A model generated the notes under the pieces. It made no database searches. It saw only the letters and a program-made list of their open reading frames with translations, and was not told the DNA's origin. Below are positions 9,510-20,068 of a DNA stretch of 57,619 nucleotides, piece after piece. Both the position numbers and the translations under genes were made by a program. Every line of letters begins with the position of its first letter. The first letter of the stretch is position 1. This DNA is from Bacilli bacterium (lineage in GTDB: Bacteria; Bacillota_I; Bacilli_A; RFN20; CAG-288). The stretch spans positions 1-57,619 of the forward strand of contig JAFUFH010000091.1 in assembly GCA_017470005.1 (NCBI GenBank). The letters are read 5' to 3'.

Positions 9510-10308
9510 AATCGTCTATGAACACACCTTGAAGGTGTTAGGAAAGAAGGGAGATTATTGTGTCTCTTTATCTTTGGTTTCCAAAGAAGAGATTCATGTT
9601 CTCAACAAACAATATCGCGATGTAGATCGTCCTACGGATGTTCTCACTTTTGCTTTCTTAGAAGGAGACGATGCCATTGATTTACCTGTCTGTGATTTAG
9701 GTAGCATCATCATCTCTCCGGAAGTCGCTTTAGAACAAGCCAAATCTTTCTCTCATCCCGAAGAGAGAGAATTAGCTTTCCTTTTCATTCACGGCCTTCT
9801 TCACGCTTTTGGTTATGACCATCATCGTAGCGAAGAGGAAGCCACCATCATGTTTGCTCTTCAAAACAAGATTCTGAATTCCCTGCCTTATCACTTCTTC
9901 GCTTCGGAAAACAAAGTGAAGAAATTGTTGCTTGATGCTCAAAGCAAGGCGAGAGCTCCTTACTCAAAATTCAGAGTCGGTGCTCTTCTTACCACAAAGG
10001 ATGGAAAGCTTCATCAAGGCTTCAACATTGAAAATAGCGCTTATGGATCTTGTATGTGTGGAGAAAGAGTCGCCTTATATCACACCTATGCTAGCGGATA
10101 TCAGAAAGAAGATATCGCTTGTCTTGACTTGATCACGGACAGTGAAAATGTCGGAACTCCTTGTGGAGAATGCAGACAAGTGATGTCGGAATTGATGGAT
10201 AGAGATTGCCCTGTTTTCATCTATAACAAAGACATGAGCAAATGCAGAGTGATGACCGTGGAAGAACTTCTTCCTGCTGCTTTCTCCAGTGAGGATTTAG
10301 GATTATGA
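9439..10308 (+). CDS. ybeY-cdd: YbeY rRNA maturation RNase fused to cytidine deaminase
   Basis: DRPTDVLTF and HGLLHAFGYDH (YbeY), then PYSKFRVGA, NIENSAY, CGER and PCGECRQ (Cdd); AAGGAG at 9421-9426 favours ATG 9439 over 9418. Confidence 0.88.
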   Translation: MKEKHVLDYLDKMSKGRRLKKIFEIVYEHTLKVLGKKGDYCVSLSLVSKEEIHVLNKQYRDVDRPTDVLTFAFLEGDDAIDLPVCDLGSIIISPEVALEQAKSFSHPEERELAFLFIHGLLHAFGYDHHRSEEEATIMFALQNKILNSLPYHFFASENKVKKLLLDAQSKARAPYSKFRVGALLTTKDGKLHQGFNIENSAYGSCMCGERVALYHTYASGYQKEDIACLDLITDSENVGTPCGECRQVMSELMDRDCPVFIYNKDMSKCRVMTVEELLPAAFSSEDLGL

Positions 10309-11189
10309 AAAAAGTAGGTTTTGTCACCGTTTATGGTAGGGCCAATGCCGGTAAATCTACCATCATCAACAAATGCTTAGGCTATAAACTTCTTCCCGTC
10401 TCTTCTAAACCTCAGACCACAAGAGATAATGTCAAAGCCATCTATAACGATGAAGATAGTCAAATCATCTTTGTCGATACTCCTGGTGTTTTTAAACCCC
10501 ATGGAAAATTAGGCTCTATCCTTCTTAGAGACGCAGAAAGTGCAAAAGAAGGTGTGGATTGTATCGTCTATGTCATCGATGCCAGCGAAGTTCCTAATTT
10601 TGAACTTTGTCAAAAGTTACAAAATGCCGAAGTTCCCATCATCATCGCTTATAACAAAGTCGATTTGGTCAAAGCAAATGTCGGAGAAGAGAGATTAGCT
10701 CGCTATGTCTCTTTGCTTCCTAAAGCAAAGGTGGTCCGCATGTCTGCTAAAGACAATTTCGGAATCGATATTTTGCTCAGTGAGATCAAAGATACTCTCC
10801 AAGAAGGATATCCCTTCTATGGCTTAGATATGGCTACCGATCGTCCCAAAGAATACATCATCTCTGAGATTGTTCGTGAGAAATGTATGAGACTACTCTC
10901 TGCCGAAGTTCCTCACTCTATCGCTATCGATATCAAGAGTGTCGATTATGATGATGAAGAGAATGTCATGTCCGTCTATGGCAATATCATCGTAGAAAAA
11001 CAATCCGAAAAAGCGATCGTCATCGGAAAGAAGGGGGCGATGATCTCGGAGATCACTCGTTATTCTTCTCAATCTATGGCTTCTTTCTTTGGATGCAAGG
11101 TGGATTTAAACCTTGTGGTCAAAGTGATTCCCGATTGGAGAAACGATGAACGATATCTGAAGAAATTCGGATATGATGAATCGCTATGA
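10305..11189 (+). CDS. era: GTPase Era
   Basis: GRANAGKST, PQTTR, DTPG, NKVD, C-terminal KH domain with IVIGKKG. Confidence 0.93.
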   Translation: MKKVGFVTVYGRANAGKSTIINKCLGYKLLPVSSKPQTTRDNVKAIYNDEDSQIIFVDTPGVFKPHGKLGSILLRDAESAKEGVDCIVYVIDASEVPNFELCQKLQNAEVPIIIAYNKVDLVKANVGEERLARYVSLLPKAKVVRMSAKDNFGIDILLSEIKDTLQEGYPFYGLDMATDRPKEYIISEIVREKCMRLLSAEVPHSIAIDIKSVDYDDEENVMSVYGNIIVEKQSEKAIVIGKKGAMISEITRYSSQSMASFFGCKVDLNLVVKVIPDWRNDERYLKKFGYDESL

Positions 11190-11929
11190 TTTCTAAAGAA
11201 TTAGAAAATGATGTGGCAATTGTTCTTCTTGCTACAAAGTATCAAGATGATTCTGCCATCATCAAATTAGCGGGGAAAGAAGGTATCTTTTCTTTGATTG
11301 CTAAAGGTGTCTATAAACCCAAAAGCTCTCTTAAAGCCCTTCTGATCACCGGAAATTTATTAGAGATTGATTATAAGAAAAGCGATTCTGGACCATCCTT
11401 TGCTCACTCTTGTCGAGTCATTCTAGATGCTTCTAGCGCTTATCAAGATTATCAGAGTTCTTGCTTCCTTTTATTCCTTCAAGAATTGACCAATGCTTTA
11501 TTTGAATACGGAGAAAGACTTCCTTACGAAGAACTTCTTCTCATTATCCGCTCTTTGTGTGAAAAGAAGGATGTCCTAAGCCTTGCTCTATTATTGGTAG
11601 GAACCTTCTATCGAAGATTAGGCATCAATATGAGCATTGACGAATGCGTCAAATGTCAAAGAAGTGATAACATTGTCTCTTATTCCTTACAAGAAGGTGG
11701 ACTTCTTTGTAAAGATTGTCTAGGCCAAGAAAAAGTCAAAAATCATTTAGAGATTCATGTCTTCCGTTACGCTTTCATGGAAGTGAATGAAAAGAACGTG
11801 AATCGAATCGTTCCTCCAGCGGAGGGATTTAAAGTCTTAAACGAATTAGTCCTTTATCTGATGGACTACTTCGACTTAAAGAAGTTGCAGTCATTTGCGA
11901 TGTTTGTTAACGCGTTAAGCGTGAAATAA
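11186..11929 (+). CDS. recO: DNA repair protein RecO
   Basis: N-terminal OB-like region, CVKC...CKDC zinc motif, conserved era-recO-gly order. Confidence 0.8.
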   Translation: MISKELENDVAIVLLATKYQDDSAIIKLAGKEGIFSLIAKGVYKPKSSLKALLITGNLLEIDYKKSDSGPSFAHSCRVILDASSAYQDYQSSCFLLFLQELTNALFEYGERLPYEELLLIIRSLCEKKDVLSLALLLVGTFYRRLGINMSIDECVKCQRSDNIVSYSLQEGGLLCKDCLGQEKVKNHLEIHVFRYAFMEVNEKNVNRIVPPAEGFKVLNELVLYLMDYFDLKKLQSFAMFVNALSVK

Positions 11930-11954
11930 AAATACAGAAAAGAGGTAAACCAAC

Positions 11955-13352
11955 ATGTCTGAAAAACAACATACATTTGAAGAGATCACCAGTCATCTTG
12001 TCACATCTGGATTCGTCTATCCTGGAAGTGAAATCTATGGTGGTCTTTCTAATTCCTGGGATTACGGCCCCTTAGGTGCTCTCTTAAAGAACCATGTCAA
12101 AGATTTATGGTTGAGACACTTTGTCCGCGGCATTGAATACAATGTTCAAATCGATCCCGCTATCATCATGAACCCCAAAGTTTGGGAAGCTACGGGTCAC
12201 GTCGCCAATTTCCACGATCCTTTGGTGGATTGTAAATATTGCCACGCTAGATACCGCGCTGACCAAATCATTCATGAACAGAAGAGTGAATTAGATGTCG
12301 ATGGTATGACCCAAGAACAACTCAACGATGTCATGCAATCTGGTCAGATCACTTGCCCTAGCTGCGGAAAGAGTGAATTCACTCCTATCCGTCAATTCCA
12401 AATGATGTTTAAGACATTCATCGGTGTCACCGAAGATAAACAATCTGTGGTCTATTTGAGACCCGAAACCGCTCAAGGTATCTTTGTTAACTTCAAGAAT
12501 GTCATGAGAACCACTCGTAGAAAACTTCCTATCGGTATCTGTGATATCGGTAAAGCTTTCCGTAATGAGATCACTCCTGGTAACTTCACTTTCCGTACCA
12601 GAGAATTTGAACAGATGGAGATTGAATTCTTCTTCAAACCTGGCGAAGATCAAAAGTGGTTTGAATTTTATAAAGAAAACTGCAAAGGCTTTGTCGAAAA
12701 GCTCGGTTTGAAAGATGAGAAGGTTCGTTTCCGTGATCATGAACCTGCCGAACTTGCCTTCTATTCTTCCGCCACTACCGATATCGAATATTTCTTCCCC
12801 TCTTTAGGTTGGGGTGAATTGATGGGTATCGCTTGCCGTGGTGATTATGACTTAGGAAGACACATGTCTTCTTCTAGCCAAGATCTCACTTACTTAGATC
12901 CCGAAGATAACACCAAATATATCCCTCATGTTGTGGAACCTTCTTTCGGTTTAGACCGTTTGATGTTAGCTCTCTGTTGCGACGCTTACGATGTGGAAAG
13001 CTTAAACGATGGTAAGGATGAAAGAATCGTCATGCACTTTGCTGCCGAAATCGCTCCTTACACTGTCGCTGTCATGCCCTTATCCAATAAGCTCAATGAC
13101 CAAGCGAAGAAAGTCTTTGATATGGTTCACACCGAATATGATGCCATCTTTGATACTACTGGTTCTATCGGTAAGAGATATCGTAGAGAAGATGCTATCG
13201 GTACTCCTTTGTGTGTCACCTTCGACTTCGAGAGTGAAAATGATCACTGCGTCACCGTCAGAGAAAGAGATAGCATGAGTCAAGAGCGTGTTGCTATCGA
13301 TGAACTCAACGATTACATCCATCGTTTCGTTTCTAAAAATAGAGTCAAATAA
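11955..13352 (+). CDS. glyS: Glycyl-tRNA synthetase (single-subunit alpha2 type)
   Basis: YLRPETAQGIF, GKAFRNEI, FRTREFEQMEIE, EPSFGLDR, GSIGKRYRR. Confidence 0.95.
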   Translation: MSEKQHTFEEITSHLVTSGFVYPGSEIYGGLSNSWDYGPLGALLKNHVKDLWLRHFVRGIEYNVQIDPAIIMNPKVWEATGHVANFHDPLVDCKYCHARYRADQIIHEQKSELDVDGMTQEQLNDVMQSGQITCPSCGKSEFTPIRQFQMMFKTFIGVTEDKQSVVYLRPETAQGIFVNFKNVMRTTRRKLPIGICDIGKAFRNEITPGNFTFRTREFEQMEIEFFFKPGEDQKWFEFYKENCKGFVEKLGLKDEKVRFRDHEPAELAFYSSATTDIEYFFPSLGWGELMGIACRGDYDLGRHMSSSSQDLTYLDPEDNTKYIPHVVEPSFGLDRLMLALCCDAYDVESLNDGKDERIVMHFAAEIAPYTVAVMPLSNKLNDQAKKVFDMVHTEYDAIFDTTGSIGKRYRREDAIGTPLCVTFDFESENDHCVTVRERDSMSQERVAIDELNDYIHRFVSKNRVK

Positions 13353-13365
13353 TTAGGAGAAATTC

Positions 13366-15510
13366 ATGGCAGACAACGAAATATTCAAGCAAGTATCCAA
13401 ACAAGCGAATATTGTCGATGTTGTCAGCTTTTGTGTGGGCGCAAATAATGTCATCAAGAAAGGAAAGGATTATGTCACCATATGTCCTTTCCATGATGAC
13501 CATGACCCCTCCATGAGAATTGATCCTGTACGCAACTCTTATAAATGTTGGGTTTGTGATGCTGGGGGAGATAGCATCAATTTCGTTGCAAAATACTATA
13601 AGATCTCCCAATTAGAAGCTTTGAAAAAGGTTTGTGAGATCACTCACATTCCTCTTCCTGAATCTCTTTCTAATCAGACCTCCTTTGTTCCCATGGTCGA
13701 GCAAAAGTATCCACAGGAATTGAAGGCCTTAGAAGATATGAATCGTTTCTATCAGCTCTCTTTGACCACTCCAGAAGCGAGTGCCGCAAGAGAATATTTA
13801 GAGACTCGTGGACTTCCTAGCGATGTCATTTCCCATTTTGGAATCGGCTATGCTCCTTTTGATTCCACAAGAAGCATCGCCGCCTTAAGAGGAAAGAATG
13901 TCAATTATGAAGTCTCGGTTTTAGAGCGTTCGGGTATTCTTTCTAATGCGACAGATTTACAAGATCGATATTCCAATCGTATCATGTTCCCTATCCAGGA
14001 TAGCTTTGGACATGTCATCGCTTTTTCTGGGCGACGATATCAAGAAGGACAAGAAGGGGGAAAATATATCAACTCCCCTGAGACCCCTCTATTTAAAAAG
14101 AGTGAGATCCTTTATCACTATGCCCAAGCAAGAGAAGCGGCGAAAAAAGAGAATTGTCTCTATGTCGTGGAAGGCTTTATGGATGTGATTGCTCTTTATC
14201 GAGCGGGAATTGAAAATGCGGTAGCCTTAATGGGTACAGCACTAACAATGGACCACATCAAAATCTTTGAGCGCCTCGGTGTAGAAATCCGTCTTTGCTT
14301 AGACGGAGATGAAGCGGGCCAAGCTGGAATGGAGAGAGCACTTCCGATGCTGAAAGCGAGTTCTTTAAGCTATCGTGTGGTGAGAAAATACACCAATGCC
14401 AAAGACTCTGATGAATTGTTGACCAAGTTTGGTATAGAAGCACTTCAAGAAGCGGTAAAGCAAATGCTTGATCCCTTTTTGTTCTTGCTTGCTAGACAAC
14501 TCAATCACGGAAACATTCATCGCAAGAAATTAGAGGATACCTTAGAAGTTCAAAAATTCATCAAAGCAAGCGCCCCTTATTACTTCGCTTTGAATGAAGT
14601 TGCTCAAGGAAAAGATCTTCAAATCCTTGCTTCTGTCACCGGATTGAAAGAAGATCTGCTTCTCAACATTTTGAAGAATCAGAATGTAATCATCAAGGAA
14701 GAGAAGAAAAAAGAGGAAGAAGAAACTCCAAAGAAAACTCAAAAGAGAACTTCTGATAGAGACTATATCCGCCCGAAAACAAATCCACAAACTAACTTTG
14801 TTAAGGATGTGGTTTTTACCGATAAGAGACAGAATCAAATTCGATATATTCTTCAACTCAATGCTCTTGTTTGTTCTAAGTTAGATAAAGATTATGACCC
14901 GATCATTTTAGAGAATGAAATCGGTCTGATTCTTGTCATTCCTTTTGATAGAGAAGCGATGAATCTCTTCCAAAATAGTCACGTGGATTTGATGGTTCGT
15001 CCTTTGTATTTCTTAGCGAATATGTTTGGAGAGTGTTATGCGATGGATGTCACTCGTCAAAAGCTCTCGCCTTCGAATTTGCAAGAGATCAAAGATGCTC
15101 TTCTTTCCAAAAAAGAAACTCCTACTTTACCTCCGAGTCAAATTGATGATATGGAGATAGAAAGTGTCGCTCCTAAGAGTGAGGAAGAGGAAGATGACCT
15201 TGGTGATTTTGATTTCCAAATCGATGACCAAGAAGCGCAACCTTATGTCAGTGGGGTAGAACTGAAAGATTCGGATATCGATTTGTTGATTCAAATCTTA
15301 GATGTGATGATGCTTCTTCCGGAAGAGAATATCTATCAAAAAGAGTCCTTCAATCGCTATATTCATGCCGAATCCCTATTGAAGAAAAAGCATCTCTATA
15401 AAGAACAATCCAAAGCCAAATATGGTGTGGAAGATGCTGCGGAATTCCGTGCTCAAATTCGAAAAATCGACCTTCAGTTGAAGTCGTTTGGCTATTATCC
15501 AAAAAAATAA
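13366..15510 (+). CDS. dnaG: DNA primase
   Basis: CPFHDDHDPS and CWVC zinc finger, KYINSPET, VEGFMDV, DGDEAG Toprim motifs. Confidence 0.95.
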   Translation: MADNEIFKQVSKQANIVDVVSFCVGANNVIKKGKDYVTICPFHDDHDPSMRIDPVRNSYKCWVCDAGGDSINFVAKYYKISQLEALKKVCEITHIPLPESLSNQTSFVPMVEQKYPQELKALEDMNRFYQLSLTTPEASAAREYLETRGLPSDVISHFGIGYAPFDSTRSIAALRGKNVNYEVSVLERSGILSNATDLQDRYSNRIMFPIQDSFGHVIAFSGRRYQEGQEGGKYINSPETPLFKKSEILYHYAQAREAAKKENCLYVVEGFMDVIALYRAGIENAVALMGTALTMDHIKIFERLGVEIRLCLDGDEAGQAGMERALPMLKASSLSYRVVRKYTNAKDSDELLTKFGIEALQEAVKQMLDPFLFLLARQLNHGNIHRKKLEDTLEVQKFIKASAPYYFALNEVAQGKDLQILASVTGLKEDLLLNILKNQNVIIKEEKKKEEEETPKKTQKRTSDRDYIRPKTNPQTNFVKDVVFTDKRQNQIRYILQLNALVCSKLDKDYDPIILENEIGLILVIPFDREAMNLFQNSHVDLMVRPLYFLANMFGECYAMDVTRQKLSPSNLQEIKDALLSKKETPTLPPSQIDDMEIESVAPKSEEEEDDLGDFDFQIDDQEAQPYVSGVELKDSDIDLLIQILDVMMLLPEENIYQKESFNRYIHAESLLKKKHLYKEQSKAKYGVEDAAEFRAQIRKIDLQLKSFGYYPKK

Positions 15511-15571
15511 TGAAAAATTTCCTTTAAAAATTTGTAAAACGCACAATAATTAAAATATGCGAGGTAATTCA

Positions 15572-17164
15572 ATGGCAAAGAAAAAAGTGTCTTCTGTGGA
15601 AGAAATTGTGGAAAATGAAGTAGATAAAGACATCGTAGTAGAAAAGCCTAAGAAAAAAAGTAAGAAATCTAAAAATGAAGTTCCTGAGATTTTAGGAGAA
15701 GGAGAAACTTCTTCTCTTGGTTTAGAAGGCGAAGAAATCTTAGGTAAAAAAGAAACAAAACGCAAAAAATCTAGCAAGGCGAAAGATAGCGATCTTCCTG
15801 AGATTGCCTCTCCTACCAAAGCAAAAAAGAAAACTTCTCAAGATGAAGATCCCGATTATTTCACTTCTATTTTAGAAGCAGTGGACGATATTGATGAAGA
15901 AGATTTAGAAGAGGAAGAATTCTCTGAAGATGAACAAGATATCCTCATCGCTTCTTTAGAAGAAGAATCTAAGAAGAAATCTAGTTCTGGTAAGAAAGTT
16001 TCTATCTCTGAACTCTCTAAAACCGGGAAAGAATTATATGGTTTAGATGACATCAAGAATCAACTTGCTTCTATCGGTAAAGAGAATGGTGTCGTCACGC
16101 AAAAAGATATCGACCGTGTCACTAGAAACTTAAAACTCGATGATGATGCTTTCAACGAAATCTTGATCTTCTTAGAAGAAAAAGGCATTTACTTAGATGG
16201 TGAGAATGTCGATGATGACCTTCTTCCTTCTTATGAAGATGATGAATTTGATGGAGAAGATAATGACTTCGATGGTGAGAGTGAAGAGATACCGGATGAT
16301 ATCTTCACCAACAATGTGGATGTCAAAAACAGCGATCCTGTCAGACAATACCTTCACGCTATCGGTGCTTACCAAGTCTTAAAGAACAAAGATGAGGAAG
16401 TCGAATTAGCTAGAAGAGTTTTAGAAGGTGACCAAGATGCCAAAGATGAACTCATCCAATGCAATTTGAAATTGGTTGTCTCCATTGCCAAACACTATGT
16501 CAATCGTGGTATGGACTTCCTCGATTTGATTCAAGAAGGTAACCTCGGTTTGATGAAAGCTGTCGATAAATTCGATTACACCAGAGGCTTCAAATTCTCC
16601 ACATATGCCACTTGGTGGATCCGTCAAGCCATCACTCGTGCTCTTGCTGATCAAGCGAGAACCATCCGTATTCCTGTTCACATGGTGGAAACCATCAACA
16701 AGATTACCAGAGCTCAAAGAAAACTCGTTCAGAAGCTCAACCGTGATCCTACCGCTGAAGAAATCTCTGAGGAATTAGAAGGTAAATGGTCCGCGAATAG
16801 AATTCGTGAGATTCAACAGATTGCCTTAGATCCTTTGTCTCTTGAAAAACCTGTCGGTGAAGAAGAAGATAGCCATGTCGGCGACTTCATCGAAGATAAA
16901 GATAATGAATCCCCCTACGAATATGCTAACCGTTCTATGGAGACCGAACGTATCAACGAAGTTCTCTCTCAACTCACCGATCGTGAAGCGAGAGTCATTC
17001 GTCTCCGTTACGGCTTAGAAGATGGTAGAACACATACATTGGAAGAAGTCGGTAAAGAGTTCAATGTTACTAGAGAACGTATCCGTCAAATCGAAGCTAA
17101 GGCTTTGAAGAAATTAAGACACCCTGCCAGAGCTAAATTATTAAAGGATTTCCGCAACGATTAA
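15572..17164 (+). CDS. rpoD: Primary sigma factor SigA/RpoD with long charged N-terminal extension
   Basis: [46 protein letters not shown]; GAGGT RBS favours ATG 15572. Confidence 0.96.
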   Translation: MAKKKVSSVEEIVENEVDKDIVVEKPKKKSKKSKNEVPEILGEGETSSLGLEGEEILGKKETKRKKSSKAKDSDLPEIASPTKAKKKTSQDEDPDYFTSILEAVDDIDEEDLEEEEFSEDEQDILIASLEEESKKKSSSGKKVSISELSKTGKELYGLDDIKNQLASIGKENGVVTQKDIDRVTRNLKLDDDAFNEILIFLEEKGIYLDGENVDDDLLPSYEDDEFDGEDNDFDGESEEIPDDIFTNNVDVKNSDPVRQYLHAIGAYQVLKNKDEEVELARRVLEGDQDAKDELIQCNLKLVVSIAKHYVNRGMDFLDLIQEGNLGLMKAVDKFDYTRGFKFSTYATWWIRQAITRALADQARTIRIPVHMVETINKITRAQRKLVQKLNRDPTAEEISEELEGKWSANRIREIQQIALDPLSLEKPVGEEEDSHVGDFIEDKDNESPYEYANRSMETERINEVLSQLTDREARVIRLRYGLEDGRTHTLEEVGKEFNVTRERIRQIEAKALKKLRHPARAKLLKDFRND

Positions 17165-17795
17165 ACTTAGTAATAGACTTTCCATCGCCTTAAGTTATGT
17201 CCCTGTCGGCGCGAATGTCATTGATGTTGGCGCCGATAGAGGTTTTCTCTCCCTTGCTCTTGCTGAGCAAGGTTTTTCTGTTCTTGCTATCGAGAATAAG
17301 AAAGGACCTTATAAGACTTTGCTTGAAAATATAAAGCAAGCGGATAGAGACAACTTGCGTTGTCATTTATCGGATGGAATCGAGTATTTACCAACTAGAG
17401 TGGACACAGCTCTCCTTCTTGGAATGGGTGGAGCAACCATTCATTCTATCCTTTCTAAGGACAAGAAAAAGCTTCATCAATTAAAGACCATCATCATTGA
17501 ACCTCAATCGATGATTTCTCTTCCCATCACCTTCTTATTAGAAGAAGGATATGAAAATGACTTGGGATGTTTTGTCTATGAGAAAAGACATTATCCTTTG
17601 CTTCGATTTGTCTATACGGGAGAGAAGAAAGAATATAATGAAGTAGAGAAGAAATACGGTCCGTATGTTGTAAGAAATAAAGATAAACTTCTGTTAGAAT
17701 ATTTGAAGAAAGAAACTGCTCGTCTCTCCCAATTTGGTGAGAATCACGAAGGGTATTCTCAATTTAAGAAAGATTTACAAGAATTGGAGAAATAG
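17160..17795 (+). CDS. trmK: tRNA (adenine22-N1)-methyltransferase, apparent ATT start
   Basis: Open frame from ATT 17160 reads (M)KLSNRL...[11 protein letters not shown]...SDG...GMGG..I..IL; the ORF track's TTG 17319 start omits the SAM-binding motif; conserved position after rpoD. Confidence 0.8.
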   Translation: MKLSNRLSIALSYVPVGANVIDVGADRGFLSLALAEQGFSVLAIENKKGPYKTLLENIKQADRDNLRCHLSDGIEYLPTRVDTALLLGMGGATIHSILSKDKKKLHQLKTIIIEPQSMISLPITFLLEEGYENDLGCFVYEKRHYPLLRFVYTGEKKEYNEVEKKYGPYVVRNKDKLLLEYLKKETARLSQFGENHEGYSQFKKDLQELEK

Positions 17796-17796
17796 A

Positions 17797-18618
17797 ATGG
17801 ATCCGTTTCAAACCTTTTTGCAATATGTGAATCAGAAAGAACCTTTGACGAGTGAGCAGATCAATGAAAAATTGATGCAATACTCTCAAATGAAAGAAGG
17901 GGAAGAAAAGAATGAACTCCGCAACGAGATCATTGAAGATAATCTTCGCCTTGTCATTTCGATTGCTTCTGGATATTCCAAAGTCTCTTCTGCCAATATT
18001 ATGGATTTGATTCAAGAAGGAAATCGAGGACTCTCTTATGCGGTGGAGAAATTCCAAGTGGAAAGAGGCTTATCTTTTTCCACTTATGCCTATAGTTGTA
18101 TTCAAAACTATATTCGTTTGTTCTTACAAAAACACTCCCATCTCATCTCGATTCCTTCTCATACACAAGTCGAATTAAAAGAGATCAAAGAAGTTCAAAA
18201 AGATTTCTTAGAGAGATATAATCGTGAACCTTCCATCGAAGAAATTTATAAAGAATTGGGTGGAAAAATCTCCGAAGATAAGATTACAAAACTGCTTTTG
18301 TTTGGAAAAGATGTTATCTCTTTAGATGAAGAAAGAGAAAGTAAAGAGGATTCTTTCTCTCTTTTGGATACCTTGACCGATAACAGCGATCCTAGCCTAT
18401 ATTTTTCTAACAAAGAAAAAGAGGAGCTCATCAGAGAAGCTCTCTCTAGTTTGACTCAGCAAGAAAGAGATGTCATCATCTCTCGTTATGGCTTAGAAGG
18501 AAAGGAAGTTTCTTTGAGTGTGTTAGCGGACAAATATCATGTCAGCGCACAAAGAATTCAACAGATTGAAAAGAATGCTCTCGATAAGATGAAATCCTTC
18601 TTACGCTTGAAGATGTAA
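17797..18618 (+). CDS. Second sigma-70 family factor (RpoD-like regions 2-4)
   Basis: NLRLVISIA, DLIQEGNRGL..AVEKF, FSTYAY, C-terminal HTH VSAQRIQQIEK; GGAG RBS before ATG 17797. Confidence 0.85.
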   Translation: MDPFQTFLQYVNQKEPLTSEQINEKLMQYSQMKEGEEKNELRNEIIEDNLRLVISIASGYSKVSSANIMDLIQEGNRGLSYAVEKFQVERGLSFSTYAYSCIQNYIRLFLQKHSHLISIPSHTQVELKEIKEVQKDFLERYNREPSIEEIYKELGGKISEDKITKLLLFGKDVISLDEERESKEDSFSLLDTLTDNSDPSLYFSNKEKEELIREALSSLTQQERDVIISRYGLEGKEVSLSVLADKYHVSAQRIQQIEKNALDKMKSFLRLKM

Positions 18619-19455
18619 ACAATCCTCAAAAAGCTTCTCCACCGTTTCTTTTGAGGCGGAGGTAGCGGAAGTGATATAGATATCTTTTCCTTTCAAAAGG
18701 GAAATATCCATATTTGCTATAGATAATGAGATCGCGCCTTGTAACGAGGGGTTCTTTTCTTTGATGGCGTGATAGAGTTCTTGGGCGTTTGAGGAGAGAG
18801 TATCTCCACAGACGATGAAGAAAGAATTGCTCTGATCAAGATGCTCACAATAAGAAGAGGCATCTTTCATTCTCTTCTCATAGAGAGGGCAGATTCCTAA
18901 GAAGGAGAGAATATTCACTTCTTTTTGGTTTAAGTAGTCTCTAACAAAATTGACACATTTTTGAGAGATGGTCGTTTGAGGAAGGAAGAAGACATTCTTC
19001 TTTAAGGGAATCGCATCTAATTGAGTCTTCAAATCTTTTTGAGAATCGATGAAAGTTAAAAACGGGAAATGAGAGAGGAAACCTAGCGTTTCTTGATGAT
19101 TTTCTTTTCCAACAAAGAGATAGGTGGTATCTTCTTTTTCTTCTTTGAGCAATTGATAACGATTTAAAATCAAAGGACAAGTGGCATCGACAATATAGGA
19201 TTTATCTTGAATAAAATCCTCTTCCTCTAAAGGATGACCATGGGCGCTTAAAACAAGATAACCATCCTGAATTGTAAGCTCTTTATCAACAAAAGTTGCA
19301 TGGCTTTTTTCCATGAGCTTTTCATTCTCTTTCAAATTGTGTAACAATGGATGGGTAAGATAGACTTTCTTTCCCATTTTTGAACAATTTAGAAGTTTAT
19401 CGATGGCTTTTTGTACCCCTTGGCAATAGCCGATATCTGAGATGATTTTTACCAT
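18601..19455 (-). CDS. ispH: 4-hydroxy-3-methylbut-2-enyl diphosphate reductase
   Basis: GYCQGV, HN, SAHG, DATCP, PQTT, ICP and SSN motifs. Confidence 0.85.
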   Translation of the reverse strand: MVKIISDIGYCQGVQKAIDKLLNCSKMGKKVYLTHPLLHNLKENEKLMEKSHATFVDKELTIQDGYLVLSAHGHPLEEEDFIQDKSYIVDATCPLILNRYQLLKEEKEDTTYLFVGKENHQETLGFLSHFPFLTFIDSQKDLKTQLDAIPLKKNVFFLPQTTISQKCVNFVRDYLNQKEVNILSFLGICPLYEKRMKDASSYCEHLDQSNSFFIVCGDTLSSNAQELYHAIKEKNPSLQGAISLSIANMDISLLKGKDIYITSATSASKETVEKLFEDCLHLQA

Positions 19456-19555
19456 AATTCTATTTTAACAAAATAGAAATACATTTGTCATAAATAGTAA
19501 CATTCTAAATGCAAATAAGATATACTATTGTGTATTTCAAAGAAGGAGAATTCAT

Positions 19556-20065
19556 ATGGACTACGAGAAATATATCAATGTTGTCGAAGACTTTCCGAAA
19601 AAAGGTATTTCCTTTAAGGATATCTCTCCCTTGTTAAAGAATCCTGAAGCCTTCAAAGCTTGCATCGATGAGATGGCTGCTATCGCTGAAAAATATCATC
19701 CGGATATCATTTGTGGTCCTGAAAGCCGCGCTTTCTTATTCGGCGCTGCTTTAGCTTATAAGATGGGTATTGGATTTGTTATGGCCAGAAAGGGAGGTAA
19801 ACTTCCTGGTGTCATCATCAAGACCACTTATCAGTTAGAATATGCTACCGCTACTTTAGAAGTGCCTGCTGGTTCCTTTGATAAAGGAATGAGAGTTCTC
19901 TTAATCGATGATTTGATGGCTACCGGTGGAACTTTCAATGCTTTAAAAGGCTTGATTGAAATGACTGGTGCCACTCCTGTCGCCTGTTTAACCTTGATCA
20001 ACTTAAAAGATTTAGACGGAGCAAAGAACGTCGATTTACCTTGTGAAGCCATTTTAGATTTGTAG
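19556..20065 (+). CDS. apt: Adenine phosphoribosyltransferase
   Basis: DFPKKGISFKDI, ESRAF, VLLIDDLMATGGT PRPP motif. Confidence 0.93.
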   Translation: MDYEKYINVVEDFPKKGISFKDISPLLKNPEAFKACIDEMAAIAEKYHPDIICGPESRAFLFGAALAYKMGIGFVMARKGGKLPGVIIKTTYQLEYATATLEVPAGSFDKGMRVLLIDDLMATGGTFNALKGLIEMTGATPVACLTLINLKDLDGAKNVDLPCEAILDL

Positions 20066-20068
20066 CCT

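Noticed and set aside
10338-10340. Possible AGG-to-Met reassignment, reported for some uncultured Bacilli
   Set aside because: AGG encodes the conserved Arg of the Era G1 motif (GR.N.GKS) and an Arg-typical position in YqeH (ENRHGK). CGG is too rare in conserved positions here to judge; a whole-genome Codetta-type analysis would be needed.
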